DNA of 64,000 nucleotides, taken from assembly GCF_009914755.1 (NCBI RefSeq), contig NC_060929.1. One strand, given 5' to 3'. The DNA is from the human T2T-CHM13v2.0 reference genome, Homo sapiens. Shown here piece after piece: positions 35,131 to 59,459 of the stretch. The translations under genes and the position numbers were made by a program. Position 1 is the first letter of the stretch; every line of letters starts with the position of its first letter. The notes beneath the pieces are model-generated. The model saw nothing but the letters and a program-made list of their open reading frames with translations. It made no database searches and was not told where the DNA came from.

Positions 35131-37008
35131 TTGTCTGTTATTACGTATCAAGTATTTGGGACCTACAGATAAATAAAAGAGCAATTCACAGTATAGTGGC
35201 AGGGGTGGGGGGTCACAGATAAATGAACAGAAAGTGACAAAATAATATGACAATTCTGCCACAAGGAAGACAATACCAGGAGCCAGACGAGCACAGGGGA
35301 GGGGCCTCTAACCCAGAAATCTTACAAGAAAAATAGGCGTATATGGCAAAGAAGGGAGAAAGGATATTCCTAGAAGAAGCCAAGACACCACAGCAAGTGA
35401 AAGCCTGGTGCCTTCAGCGAAACGCAAGTTGTCTGGCATTGCTGGAGCAGGGGAGCATGTTAACTAAGAGGAGAGGCAGAGTGGCAGATTAGGGTCAGTG
35501 GCAGAGGAACCTTTGCAGGTGACACACTTGCCAAGAAACTCTCAGCTACTCCTTCCTGCTGACCAAGTAAGTTCAGGGCTGGGACCTTACTAGGGAGAAA
35601 AGGAGCTTCCACCGTGCCTACCAAATGAAGCAGTCATAGGAAACACTGCAGGGAGAGGAAGTGAGTCGTTAGCAGGAACTGATGGTGGCTTTTCCCAGGC
35701 ACCTTGCCACGTCTGATTCAATCTGTTTATGCAAAGTCCAAAGAAAGTGAATAGTTTTGATCAATCCTGATGATTTAAACCTGCGTAAGAGATGAAGCTG
35801 GGTAACAGAGCATAACAAAGACTGGATTATTTATCTTGTTGCTCATCAGAGAAAGTGGGGCCTGCCAGAGGTGAGAGCCAAAAGCAGAGACTCTCCCAAA
35901 AATAGGAAAAGAATAAAATTAGGAAACCAAAAGCCTAGGGGAGAATCCATGCCTCTGTCACTCCAGCTCACTAAGCTGAAAAAGTTCATGGTCCTTTAGA
36001 ACAGGAAGAAGAATACAATGGGGTTGGGTTGAAATCTGGACAAACTCCACATACATTTATAAATAGGCACCAAAAAACACTGGTGCAGAGGAATGTTTTT
36101 CCATCTTTAGAGCCATACCTAGGACAAGGTGATTAAGGCTTTTCCCCAGGGCACCTACCTTAGCAGCCCCAGATGTTTTTAAATAAAGGTTTTCAAAATT
36201 GTGAGAAACTAAAAAAGTTAATATTGTTCTTTTTATAAATTAGAAGAATATGAGTAAAAGTAGCACCCAGTAAGCAAAAAAGTTACTTAAAATAGACAGC
36301 CCCAGATCACCACCTTATTGCTAAATCTCGCATGTAGCCACGGGCAACTCCAGGCCTACAGTTGACCAGTTCAACCTCCACAGTGGAAAGAGACAATGTC
36401 TTTCTCCTTTAGGGTTTCAGGAAGAGTTCCAGGATTGGATTTCCCTGGCATAGCTTGCGTCACATGCCCGTCTCCGAAATAATCACAAGGCCCAGAGGCC
36501 TGGACTGCTCTGATTCGGCAGGTGCAGGTCATATGGCCATTCCAGGAAGGTTAGGGGGTATCATCCTTATCCAAAAAGGACATAGACTGAGGGTAAGCGA
36601 AAGGTATCCTCTTGCCAAAAGAGAACAGTATAACTATCAAAGGAAGAGGTACTAGATGTCACAAAGAGAAAAAAAAAATAGATGTTCATTTTATACATTA
36701 GCTGCCAAAATTTCAACTTTTTTGAATTTGTCTTCTAATGAATAGGTCAATTCCATTTCATTGAGTACATGAACTTCATGATGGTGACCCCCTAGTCTTC
36801 CCCATATAGCAGTGGTCAGGGACCTCAAGAAGGCAACCTTGCTTTGCAATGAAATTCTTGGATCACTGGATGTGGAGTGTCCCATCAAAAAGGGCTGAAC
36901 CCCAGACTTAATGTTTTTGCCTTTTCTAGATGAGAAACACTAAGGATTTTCTCTGTTTCATTCAAGACAAATTGTAGCAGTCACTGTTGAGAAGAGGTTG
37001 AAGTTATC

Positions 37009-39510
<2,502 letters not shown>

Positions 39511-39529
39511 CCCCAAGAAACACTAATCT

Positions 39530-39695
39530 AAAGTGACACTTCCAAACTTGGCTTATTATTAAAATTACCAGAAGAGATTTAAAAGCACTGATACCTGGGC
39601 CCTTCCTACTGGAGAGGTGGATTCAGTGGATATGTGTTGGGGCCCAGAGAATCTGCACTTTTTAGAAGCTCGCCAAGCTTAGAAACTGCAGCTCT
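39530..39695. mobile_element. MER5-like DNA transposon remnant
   Basis: ggggcccagagaatctgcactttttagaagctc...agaaactgcagctcta. Confidence 0.55.
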
Positions 39696-40503
39696 AGAAG
39701 AAAATATTAATGAAATTAATTAATGAAAATATTAATGAAGTTAATATTAATTAATTTTCTTTATTATTTTCCCTAGAAGGGAGAAGAAAAAATTACCTCA
39801 GCACTTGGCACTTTAAAGCCATTCTGATGTAAACACTTCAGGTGTTTATGGTAAAGATAAAATTAGAATTCCTGGTAAAGAGAGGGCGCTGAAACCCAAC
39901 AAGCCATAAATAAAACAATAGAATTCAGAAGGCCATGGTTCTGTTATACTGTATTGTGACCACAGCTTATACCCAGACATATCAGCTCTTTCAGTGACTT
40001 GTTTAGCCTATACTTGGTTTCCCTGACTCTACCCTCCAGTGGTTCTCGGATTCGATAAATCCCCAACTCTTAGGCAGTAGAGCATTAATGCAAATCCACC
40101 ACTTGACATTTTTATAGTTTGAATTTCTTCATTTATGCATGCAACAAGAACTTAATTACCTACAGGATGCTACGTACTGCTCTAGCAGTGAACAAAATAG
40201 ATACTCTCCCTGTCTTCATCACCCTTCCAGCCTAACATAGGTGCTGGATTCATTCATAGAATGAATTGGGGTTATAAAAAGATATTTTCCTTCATCTGAG
40301 TGGTTCCATCACACTGGTTTCCTCAGATTCCTGGAACACACCAAGCATCGCCTCGCCTCCAGGATTTATATACACTGGGTCCTCCTCTAGAATGCTTCCC
40401 TGCACTCTGCCTGGTCACCTACAACTTAAACCTGTGGGTCTTCACTTCAGTGACCTTTTCATGAAAATGCCTTTAACTGACTCCTCAACTTAAAGCAATT
40501 CCT

Positions 40504-42738
<2,235 letters not shown>

Positions 42739-43429
42739 AAATCTCTTCCCCAGGAACACCCACCCCCCTTGACTTCCTGAGCCAGATTAGGTCACTATGC
42801 CACAGGTGAACCTAGGTCACCTATGTTCTTCCCTTTTCACTCATTACAGATGTAGACTCCCAAAGGGCCTTCATTCAACCATTCATTTATCTGACAATTC
42901 TTTCCAGAGTTCCTACTATGTGCTAGGCATTATTCTGGGTGCTAGGGATACAGTGGTAGACAAGATAAGACACAGATTCTACCTATGAAACTTACATTCT
43001 AGTAGGAAAAGCAGACAATACACAAATAAACTAATACAGGAACCGCAGGTTCATTCACTGCTGCATTTCCAGAATGGGCCCCAACACATAGCAGATACTC
43101 AACAAGTGCTTATTGAGGAGAAGGAAAGGAAAGTGAGGGTGAATGGCAGCCAATCTGAAGGAAGAGACAGGAGTGGCCAGTGTCAGAGCCAACAAACTAA
43201 CTACCGTGGAATCATTTCACCCTAGAGGTTTGCTCAACTTGCAGGAGGGACTAAAATGGGTTGAGGCCTATCCTGTCCTGTTGGTCTCCAATAAGGAAGG
43301 GGAGGAAGTGGCTTACCTTCACTTCTGTCTGTCCTGTATCTGTGTAAACACCTACAAATAGGGACAAATGAATGAGTGCAAGCCCTGGACTCATCAAGTG
43401 ATCTTATCCACTCCTGTGCCTTCCAGTGT

Positions 43430-44737
<1,308 letters not shown>

Positions 44738-44739
44738 CC

Positions 44740-46137
<1,398 letters not shown>

Positions 46138-49070
46138 ATCTGCCCCCATTTATTAATGAGGAGACAGATCCCCAAGGGAGCAAGTGATCTGCCCCAGGGA
46201 GGCAGGAGGTGAAGCAGTCACAGGGCTCTGGCAATGACCACACCACCCCTCTTCTCCCTCTGCTTCTAACTTTTCTTGTTTCTGAGGTCCAGGCGGAAAT
46301 GTAATGTCATGACACATTGGGGGATTTCTTTCCTCCCCTACATTTTTCTGATGTGACTCCAGCTTGGGGGGTTGGGGGAACACAAGCCCCAGGAGGAGGG
46401 AGGCGGGTGGTGGGGAGGTTAGCAGTCACATTCCTCAGCAGCCTCTGTTTTCATAGCTCAGAGAAAGAAGAAAGAAGTTAGCAAGCTCTGGCAGACACAC
46501 TGGGCATTCAGCTCCTGTTCTGGCAGCTGCAGGGGCTGGGCTGAGCACGCGCTCTGCCAAGGCCAGGGCGGCAGACACTCTCTCCAATCTCAGGCTGCCA
46601 AGATGAGGTGGAGGGGGTCAGGGCCTCTGTCTAAGATGGGGGTTCACAGAAAGAGACCCCTTCTTTCTGCTCAGGCTGGCAGCCAGTTGGCCATGAGCCA
46701 TGTGTGGGAGAAGGGGAGCAGAGGGAGGCAGTGTCAGGGCCTCAGTGCAAATCCTTCCAGGTTGGAAGGCTGGTGTGGGCATCAGACAGCCCAGGGGGCT
46801 ATCTCAGCTCCTCCTCCACCCTGGAGATGTTGGAGGGACAACCTCTAGGCAGATGTCCCCACCCGGCTGCTGGGGCCACTGCTGTCACATTCCAGAGGGG
46901 GCTGAGAGCCACAGAGCATGGATTGAGAACGAGCTCACCATGGAAACCAGGCTTCCTAGGAAAAGGTCACATATTTGATGTGGCTGTCATCCAGGCACCT
47001 TAAATGCCACACTGTTCCTGTTTTCTTGAGCACGCTGCCAGCAGAGAAGGCCTGAGACAATGGGGTTGGCAGTTGACCTGTTTGCCTGGTTTTAGACAGG
47101 CCCCTATCACGGTTTCCCCTTCTCAGCAAAACTCAGTGCTGTTTTTACATTGCCTGACCCCAACGTGTACCCATGTGGGCAGCCCTGCAGGCCAACCCTT
47201 GAGTCTGGCAAAGACCCACTGTGCCAAAAATCTAGAAAAGGAGGTGCAAACAAGACCCATGATGGTAAAAACTGGCAAAGCTTGTTAAGAATAGTAAAAG
47301 CTTTCGGGTATGAGTACTTACTCCATGCTGCCAGACACTGTGATAAATGCTTTACAGGCACTGTAATCTCCACAAAAAAAACCTTAATAAAAAAATTGAG
47401 GCTTTGAGAGGTTAAATAACTTATCTGAGATTATTATATAACCAGAAAATGGCATGACGAGGATTCAAACCCAGGCTTGTCTGATCTAGAGCCTGAAACT
47501 TTCACCTCTACTCTATTTCACTCATCCATTTATTCATGCACTCATTCATTTATTCAATTGTCCATCCATCCATGCATGCATCAAACATTTAGGGAAAGCC
47601 TCTGGTGTGCTGACACAGTGTGTAAAAGGACACACTCCACAACCTCCAAGAGTTCACAGTGGGAGAAATGGATGAGTAAACAATGACAATATGCGGTGTG
47701 ATGAAAGCCATGGGAGAGGAGCAGCAAAGCTGCTATGGGAAGAGGACTCCTTTTCCTTGCATTGTCCAAGGCTCAGAGGTGTGAGAGCACAGGGGAGGAG
47801 AAACTAACCCAGCTGGGACAGGGGTGGGCAGCAGACTTTCTCCGGAAGGTGTCCAAACACACACCTGTAAAAGGGGTTGAACTTGGGTCACACTTCTCAG
47901 GCCTGGAGTTCCAGGGGTTGGATTTACATCCACAGGCAGGAGAGAACACTTACTCTCAAATGGACCCGATCAGGCCCCCCTTACCAAGCACAATGCTTCC
48001 CAGGGACGCCCAACTGACCAAGTACCACCGACAAAATAGAAAGAAGTCAGGCTTTCCTAGAGAACCCTGGGTGAGTACATGGTTTACACAGCTGTCCTTA
48101 ACCCAGACTCTAGTGGCATGAAGAAAGAACAAGCTAGCTTCTTCCTCCTTTCACACTCCCATTGAAGACTGCCCACTGTCAAAAGCTAGAGGACAGTAGA
48201 AATAAAATTACTGCCTTAGTATAAGGAAACCAACCCAGTGACTTCTAGGTTGGGCAAGAAAATTAGGGTTGGGGAAAAGGGTGACTTAATTCCTCCCGTC
48301 TGTCTGGTTCCTACACCCACATCATATGTCTTTGGGGAAGCCTCCCACACAGGCTGTGATCCACCAACTATAGCACTCCAGCCCTGAAAGGAGCCCTTTT
48401 CCTTACATGCCCTGTTGGTTAGTAATAGCCAAGATGCTGGGTGGGAAGAAGGGAGAGAGAGAGGGAGGGAGGAAGGGATATTCTCTGAAGAGCAAGAGGG
48501 CAGCTGGCTTCTTTCACAGCTGTGTGGGTGGCAGTGAGCTAAGAGGTCCCTGTTCTCTTCTCCATCAATCAAGGGGGCAATCAAGAAAAAATGTGCAGTT
48601 TAAAAAGTTCAAAAAGAAAAATCAAACCACAACAACCTCCAAATTATATTAATTTGGTGATGGCCTGACACTCTGGAAACCAATCATGGGAAGGGGCAAC
48701 CCTCACTTCCTCCTGCTCTTGGATGACGTTAGCCCTTTTTCTTTTTCTGGGGTTGGTCTCCATGGAGCAACACAGTCTGGCCTGGGTTCCTCACCACAGC
48801 AAGGAGGAAAACACAGAACTTTGTTCTCTCCTCTCTGGATAATGGTGGCCAGGATAGAAGTTCATGGGCAATGAGAAGCCTGGGCCCTCCTGCACAAGGT
48901 TGGCATCAAGCAAAATTGCATTAGCTAATAAAATAGTATCCTTGTGCAAGTTATTTCACCCCGCTGAGCCTCAGGGCCCTCCTCATTAAACTGGGAAAAT
49001 AATACTACCTACCCTCCTGATGCCCTTATTTATTCCTGTCTTCAGGTCCTTTTTATTTACCTCTTCTGCC

Positions 49071-52766
<3,696 letters not shown>

Positions 52767-53615
52767 ATTAAGTTCCTGTTAGTATTATTTCTCCATCATA
52801 TTATTTCTGGATATGGGAAAAGAGAAAACAACTGTGGGACAGAGAGCTCATTTAGGAATGTAGCTTAGTGTTTACAGTGAAGGTTTGAAAATTAGGCTCC
52901 TTGAGTTTACATTCTGCCTTTACCACTTTCCTTAGGCATACATTTAACATCTCTCAATTGCTTCTCAATTTTCCTCATCTATAACACGGATACAGTAAGT
53001 TGTGTTGAGATGTAAATGAGATAGTGCCTGTAAAGTGTGCAGCCCAGTGTGCGATACATACTGAGCATTCCATGAAATGTTAAATGTTTATTAAGCGAAT
53101 AATGATTATTATGAACACTATAAAAGAAAGTTTCTCAAAGGAGGCTGAAAGGGGAGCCCAGAGAGAAGAGGTAGATGCTTTTTAGTGCTCAGGGAGGGCC
53201 AGATTTCTTCTGACAGCCCGTCTTGAGAAATGGCTGCAGGTTCAGAGGCTCCTAGGGCCACTGTATAAACCAAGAAGATGCCCAGAGGAGCTCCAGAGGA
53301 CCTCTGCTGAAGGGAATTCCCATGAGAAACAGGGGTAGAGGAGCGAGCAGTTGAAAGGCAGGAAGCCCTGAGCCTGCAGGAAACATTAGCTGGAGAAACA
53401 AAGTGTGCTTGGAAAAGCCCAGCTCAGGACAAGAGCTTGAGACTGAAAGCTTGGAAGCAGGAAAGGGAGCCCCAGGAGAGTTCAAAGTAACTCACTACTC
53501 CAGTTATTTCTGATGTCTTTATTATTCTCTCTGATTACCACAGATAATACATTGGTACTTCATAGAACTTTATGCAATGCAAATAGCAAAGGAGTTCCCT
53601 ATTCAAGTTTTTAAA

Positions 53616-55010
<1,395 letters not shown>

Positions 55011-55349
55011 CAGCTTCAATAGTTACTAGTGCCTAAAGTCTTGAAAGGATGTTCCAAGTATATACAAGATCTCCGTGTGGGCTCCTGGAGAAACTTCAGA
55101 ATATCACAACTCTGCAAGGGAAGAGCATGAGGAAGGGGCAGCCCAGTGGCACTTGTCCAGTGCTACTGCACTGCCCCAGTCCACTTGATGGACTGTCCAA
55201 TCCACCAGGACACATGACATGCCCCAAATTCCACTTTCATTTTGTCACCACCATCCACATTCCCCAACAGAGACCCCTCTCTAATCCAATCACACTTTCA
55301 GGGCAGCATTGGATTGCATGTCTGTCCACTTGCTGGCATTGGACTGAAT

Positions 55350-56200
55350 TGTATTTCCTACATTCATTCATCCAGGTAACAAATATTGAGTGCCTACCAC
55401 TCAATTGCATTGTCTTAGAATCTAGGAGAGGAGCAATGTACACACCCCTACCCTCATGGAGCTAACATTTTCATAGGAGGAGATGGACTATAAACAAATA
55501 GGAATATGTTAGTGGTGATAAAAAGCAATGTAAGAAGAGTAAGAGTAGGATGGGAGAAGGAATGTGCTGTTGTTTAATACGGTGGTCAGGGAAGGCCTGC
55601 AGAGCAGACAAGATCTGAAAGACATGATCACTCTGGCTATTACACTGGAAATATGTTATATGGAAGCAAGATGGAACTAGAAAGGCAGAGGCCATCACAA
55701 AAGTGCAGGCATGAGATGATGCGAAATTGGACTGGGTGATGGTAGTGGCAGTGATGAGAAGTGGTTGCATACAGCATGTATTCTAAAGGTAGGGCTGACA
55801 AGATTTGCTGATGGATTGGCTGTGGAGCAAGATAGGGTAGTCAAAGACATCTTGTTCTTGCCAGAAGCAATGCCTGCTCATATGTGCAGCATAGGAGTAG
55901 ATCCTGAGTCCAGGGCCTGTTGACTGAATGGGTGGATATCTTCCCTGATTACAGCCAGCTAAACATGCTGTGCGAAAGATCTGTTCTTTCTTATCTCAGA
56001 GATAGCATGGTATAAGTACTAAGACAAAATAATTGGAGCCAGACTACTAGTCCCAGCTCTGTCATTTACTAGCTGTGTATCCTCAGGCAAGTTACACAAC
56101 CACTTTGAGCCTCAGTTTCCCCTTCTGGAAAAATGGGACAGTAATAGTACCTGCATCGCAGAATTGTTGTGGTAGTATACATAAATAGGCCTGGTATAGA
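55350..56200. mobile_element. L2 (~55350-55850) and MIR (~56000-56200)
   Basis: cattcattca tail; gagcctcagtttcccc...aaaatggg MIR core. Confidence 0.7.
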
Positions 56201-56292
56201 GCCTACCACCAAGTCAGGGCTTAGGAAATAACTAAGTTAAACCAGTTCCCGGTTAAAACAAACAGACAAAAGGCTATGGAATAAGGGTTATC

Positions 56293-56298
56293 TTTATT
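56293..56298 (-). terminator. HBEGF: HBEGF polyadenylation signal AATAAA
   Basis: TTTATT on plus. About 20-45 nt downstream on minus is a GU/U-rich element (ccttttgtctgtttgtttt). Confidence 0.9.
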
Positions 56299-56938
56299 TG
56301 GATTGCAAAGTATAAATATGAACCAGGTTTGGAAATACAAGTTGTAACAGTTCAGAAATGGCACCAGAAACTTCCAGAAAGGACCATGACAGCATAACTT
56401 CATCGTTTTGGTGAGGTGGGTGGGATTATACAAAGCCTTCCCCACCTCCAACCTTCTCGGTAGCAATTGGCAGGTAATCAGTTACCAAGAACAGTCAGCT
56501 CCAATGTTCCCTGTTCCTTCTCAGCCTTTTGCTTTGCTAATACCTTCTCCAGACTGTCCTCTGCTGCACTGACCCCTGCATGAAGTAGCACCAGAAGAAT
56601 GGCAGGAGTTAGAGAAATGTCTTGACACAAGGGAAAGTGAGTTCCCACGCTGTGGGCCTGGGGCCATGGGGGTGAGGGACCAGGAAAGCTACAGGCATGG
56701 AAGCCCAACCTCTTCTGAGACTTGGCAGGGAGAGGACACGGGGAGACACTGATATCTGTTACACTTTGACATCAGCACCTTGGGCTTTCAAAACACAAAT
56801 GGTAGACAAAATCGCCTAGGCAAGACTGAAGTCCAACTCATAGAGTGGCTCTGACCAAGTTAACCCCTACATCCTGACCATACAGAGCTCCCGCAGTGGC
56901 ACTCTGACCACGGAAGATCTGCAGAAATGTAGACAGAC

Positions 56939-57128
56939 AATAAATTACTACAGATGGGTCACAGAACCATCCTAGCTTTGTGGCAAAGGTGGGTGGCACT
57001 AAGCCAGATTGTGGGGATGAGGAGTGGAGGGCCAGGAAATTGCCAAAGTAACAGTCTAGGCACTTGAAATATTATTGTTAGATTGTTAAAAACTAAATAA
57101 ATTAACATACATAGAATAAAATAAATAT
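56939..57128 (-). promoter_or_regulatory. HBEGF: AU-rich elements in HBEGF 3'UTR
   Basis: AUUUA pentamers in A/U context at 56941-56945 and 57122-57126, and overlapping AUUUAUUUA at 57094-57102. Confidence 0.8.
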
Positions 57129-58107
57129 ATAATTTAAGAGGCATTTACAAACAACAACAACAAAAATAGTTGTTATTTTTCCATCTGGGTAGAAGTCCCA
57201 AAATTCAGTTCTCAGGCTTGTGGTATTTCACAGTTAACTCATCAAATCCAGCACTGGAGGGTCCCAATGGCAGATCCCTTGGTGGTACTTGAGTACATGG
57301 CTTCTCAATCTTTGTTGCTTTCTTCCAGTTCACAAATCTTTCCTTCTTGCTCTCCTTCTTCTTCTTCTTTTTTTTTTTCAGTCAAAGATCCTGGAGCATA
57401 TGGAATTTAACCGGCATTCTAATCCAGAAGATAAGTGTTTAAACAAACTTATGAGGGGAAGTGGGGTTTGGTGGAGGGGAATCAGAAGGGCATGAAGGTC
57501 CCTTGCTTTTGCTTTCTTCTTACCCAGATACCATCGGACATACTCTGTTTGGCACTTGAAGGCTCTGGTATTTTGGCAAAGCAATTATGGGAGGCCCAAT
57601 CCTAGACGGCAACTGGGGACGAAGGAGTCTTTGTGACTAGATGGAAGTCTTTCCCCTCTGCAGTCTGAAATCACCTTGTGTCTTCTCAGAGGTAGCAGTC
57701 CCCAGCCGATTCCTAAAGCACAAAAGGAAGGCATGTAAAGCCAGGTCCAGTCTAAAGAAGTCTTAAGATTTTCCTGGTCCAGTCTTTTTTATTTTTAAAC
57801 TTTTTGAGACAGGGTTTCACTCTGTCTCCCAGGGGAGGAGAGGGGAGGGGAAGGGAGGGGATGAGGGTGGGAGAAGCTGTCCTCTCAGGCATCTCTCTTA
57901 GGTGTCTCTCTAGCAACTTTTACCTTAAGTGAAGCACTGAGTCTTTTTGAAAATAATTCTGCAATGGGATATTAATGTCACAGTAGCCTGGCCCCCAACC
58001 CCTATATGAAGAATTCAGCACCCACTGAAGCACAGCCAGGAAAGGGGACAAAGGATAATCATGTCATGGGGCAAAGGATGGAGCGTTACCTTGAGCACAA
58101 GTCTCTC

Positions 58108-58180
58108 TCAGTGGGAATTAGTCATGCCCAACTTCACTTTCTCTTCATTTTCCACATCATAACCTCCTCTCCTATGGTAC
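58108..58180 (-). CDS. HBEGF: HB-EGF exon 5 coding part: cytoplasmic tail RYHRRGGYDVENEEKVKLGMTNSH*
   Basis: ttcctcag|GTACCAT...; stop TGA at 58110-58108; exon continues to 58090, then gtaacg donor. Matches the C-terminus of ORF 58108..58326. Confidence 0.98.
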
Positions 58181-58534
58181 CTGAGGAAGATAAGTTTTGT
58201 GAATAAGCCCTGCCTGCTATGACAAAGTGCAGGTCCAGAGCAGGTCCTTCCAAAGAACTCTGCCATGGTGGTTTCCTCTACTACTTGGAAAAGCCCAGGC
58301 AGTAGGGCAGCCCAAACTCTGGTCAAAGGCCCAACTGCCCCGAGGAACTCCTGTCTCTAATAGCAGGATGCAATTTACAAATAGCTTTCACCTCATTTAC
58401 GTGATCCTCACAACATCCTTATGAGGTAGATGGACAAACATTACAATCACTACAAGGTTACAATCCTCAGAAAGACAGTAACTTGTTCCAGGTCTCATGA
58501 CAGATGAGTTACACTGCTTGAAAACAGGCATAGA

Positions 58535-58845
58535 GCTAGGCACGGTGGCTCATGCCTGTAATCCCAGCACTTTGGGAGGCCGAGGCGGGCAGATCACGAG
58601 GTCAGGAGATCGAGACCATCCTGGCTAACATGGTGAAACCCCGTCTCTACTAAAAAATAGAAAAAATTAGCTGGGTGTGGTGGCGGGTGCCTGTAGTCCC
58701 AGCTACTCAGGAGGCTGAGGCAGGAGAATGGCGTGAACCCAGGAGGCGGAGTTTGCAGTGAGCCGAGATCACACCACTGCACTCCAGCCTGGGCGACAGA
58801 GCAAGACTCTGTCTCAAAAAAAAAAAAAAAAAAAGAAAGAAAGAA
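58535..58845 (+). mobile_element. AluY in HBEGF intron 4
   Basis: gagatcgagaccatcctggctaac and atggcgtgaacc diagnostics; TSD gaaaaca(g/c)gcataga. Confidence 0.93.
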
Positions 58846-59303
58846 AACACGCATAGAGTGCTTGGTGGGTCTCCCAAGCTAGAGCATACCTGGATTAGAA
58901 AGCAGGGCCTGAGGTCCAGACGCCTCAGAAGTGGAAGGATATACCACTAGCACCACCCACACCTTGACTACCAAACCACATACTAATGCCATCAAAGAAC
59001 AGCCAGGAGAAAGAAATGTGTGACAAAGTGACTCCATGAGTGGGTAGCTGGGTCATGGAGGCAGGAAAAGAACTCCTGTGAGGAGCAGAACCTGCTATGG
59101 CCTCGCAAATTTGACCCTGGGCTCTAGACACAGGACTCATGTCATGCCAGAAATACCAGGTTTTTGGAGAATCTACACCCCGGAGCTAGCCCATGATTTG
59201 GAAAGATTGAGGGAAGTGCATGTGACCATCAAGGAGAGGGCCCAGGAGGAGGAAGAAAGGGAGTGATTTGCAGAAACAGCCTGCAGGGGACCCCAACACT
59301 CAC

Positions 59304-59459
59304 CTAAACATGAGAAGCCCCACGATGACCAGCAGACAGACAGATGACAGCACCACAGCCACCACGGCCAGGATGGTTGTGTGGTCATAGGTATATAAGC
59401 GATTTTCCACTGGGAGGCTCAGCCCATGACACCTCTCTCCATGGTAACCCGGGTGGCAG
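59304..59459 (-). CDS. HBEGF: HB-EGF exon 4: end of EGF domain, juxtamembrane stalk and transmembrane helix (CHPGYHGERCHGLSLPVENRLYTYDHTTILAVVAVVLSSVCLLVIVGLLMF)
   Basis: cttgaactag|CTGCCAC...ATGTTTAG|gtgagt. 156 nt, phase 2-2; EGF CxxGYxGxRC motif followed by a hydrophobic TM stretch. Confidence 0.98.

Larger units (their letters stand above)
56275..57712 (-). other. HBEGF: HBEGF terminal non-coding exon 6 (3'UTR); 3' end approximate
   Basis: tgctttag|GAATCGGCTGG acceptor at 57712. Repeat-free, with AU-rich elements, ending near an AATAAA. Confidence 0.9.

Noticed and set aside
56843-56912. Three CTGACCA repeats in the HBEGF 3'UTR
   Set aside because: Irregular spacing that fits no nuclear-receptor element or known RNA motif.
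57368-57378. A-run in the HBEGF 3'UTR as a possible proximal poly(A) site
   Set aside because: Genomic A11 with no adjacent upstream hexamer; more likely an internal oligo-dT priming artefact.
58181-58326. N-terminal part of ORF 58108..58326
   Set aside because: Intronic read-through upstream of the true acceptor at 58180; only the C-terminal 24 residues are HBEGF.
59173-59388. 71-aa minus-strand ORF over HBEGF exon 4
   Set aside because: Alternative frame of the real exon running into the intron.
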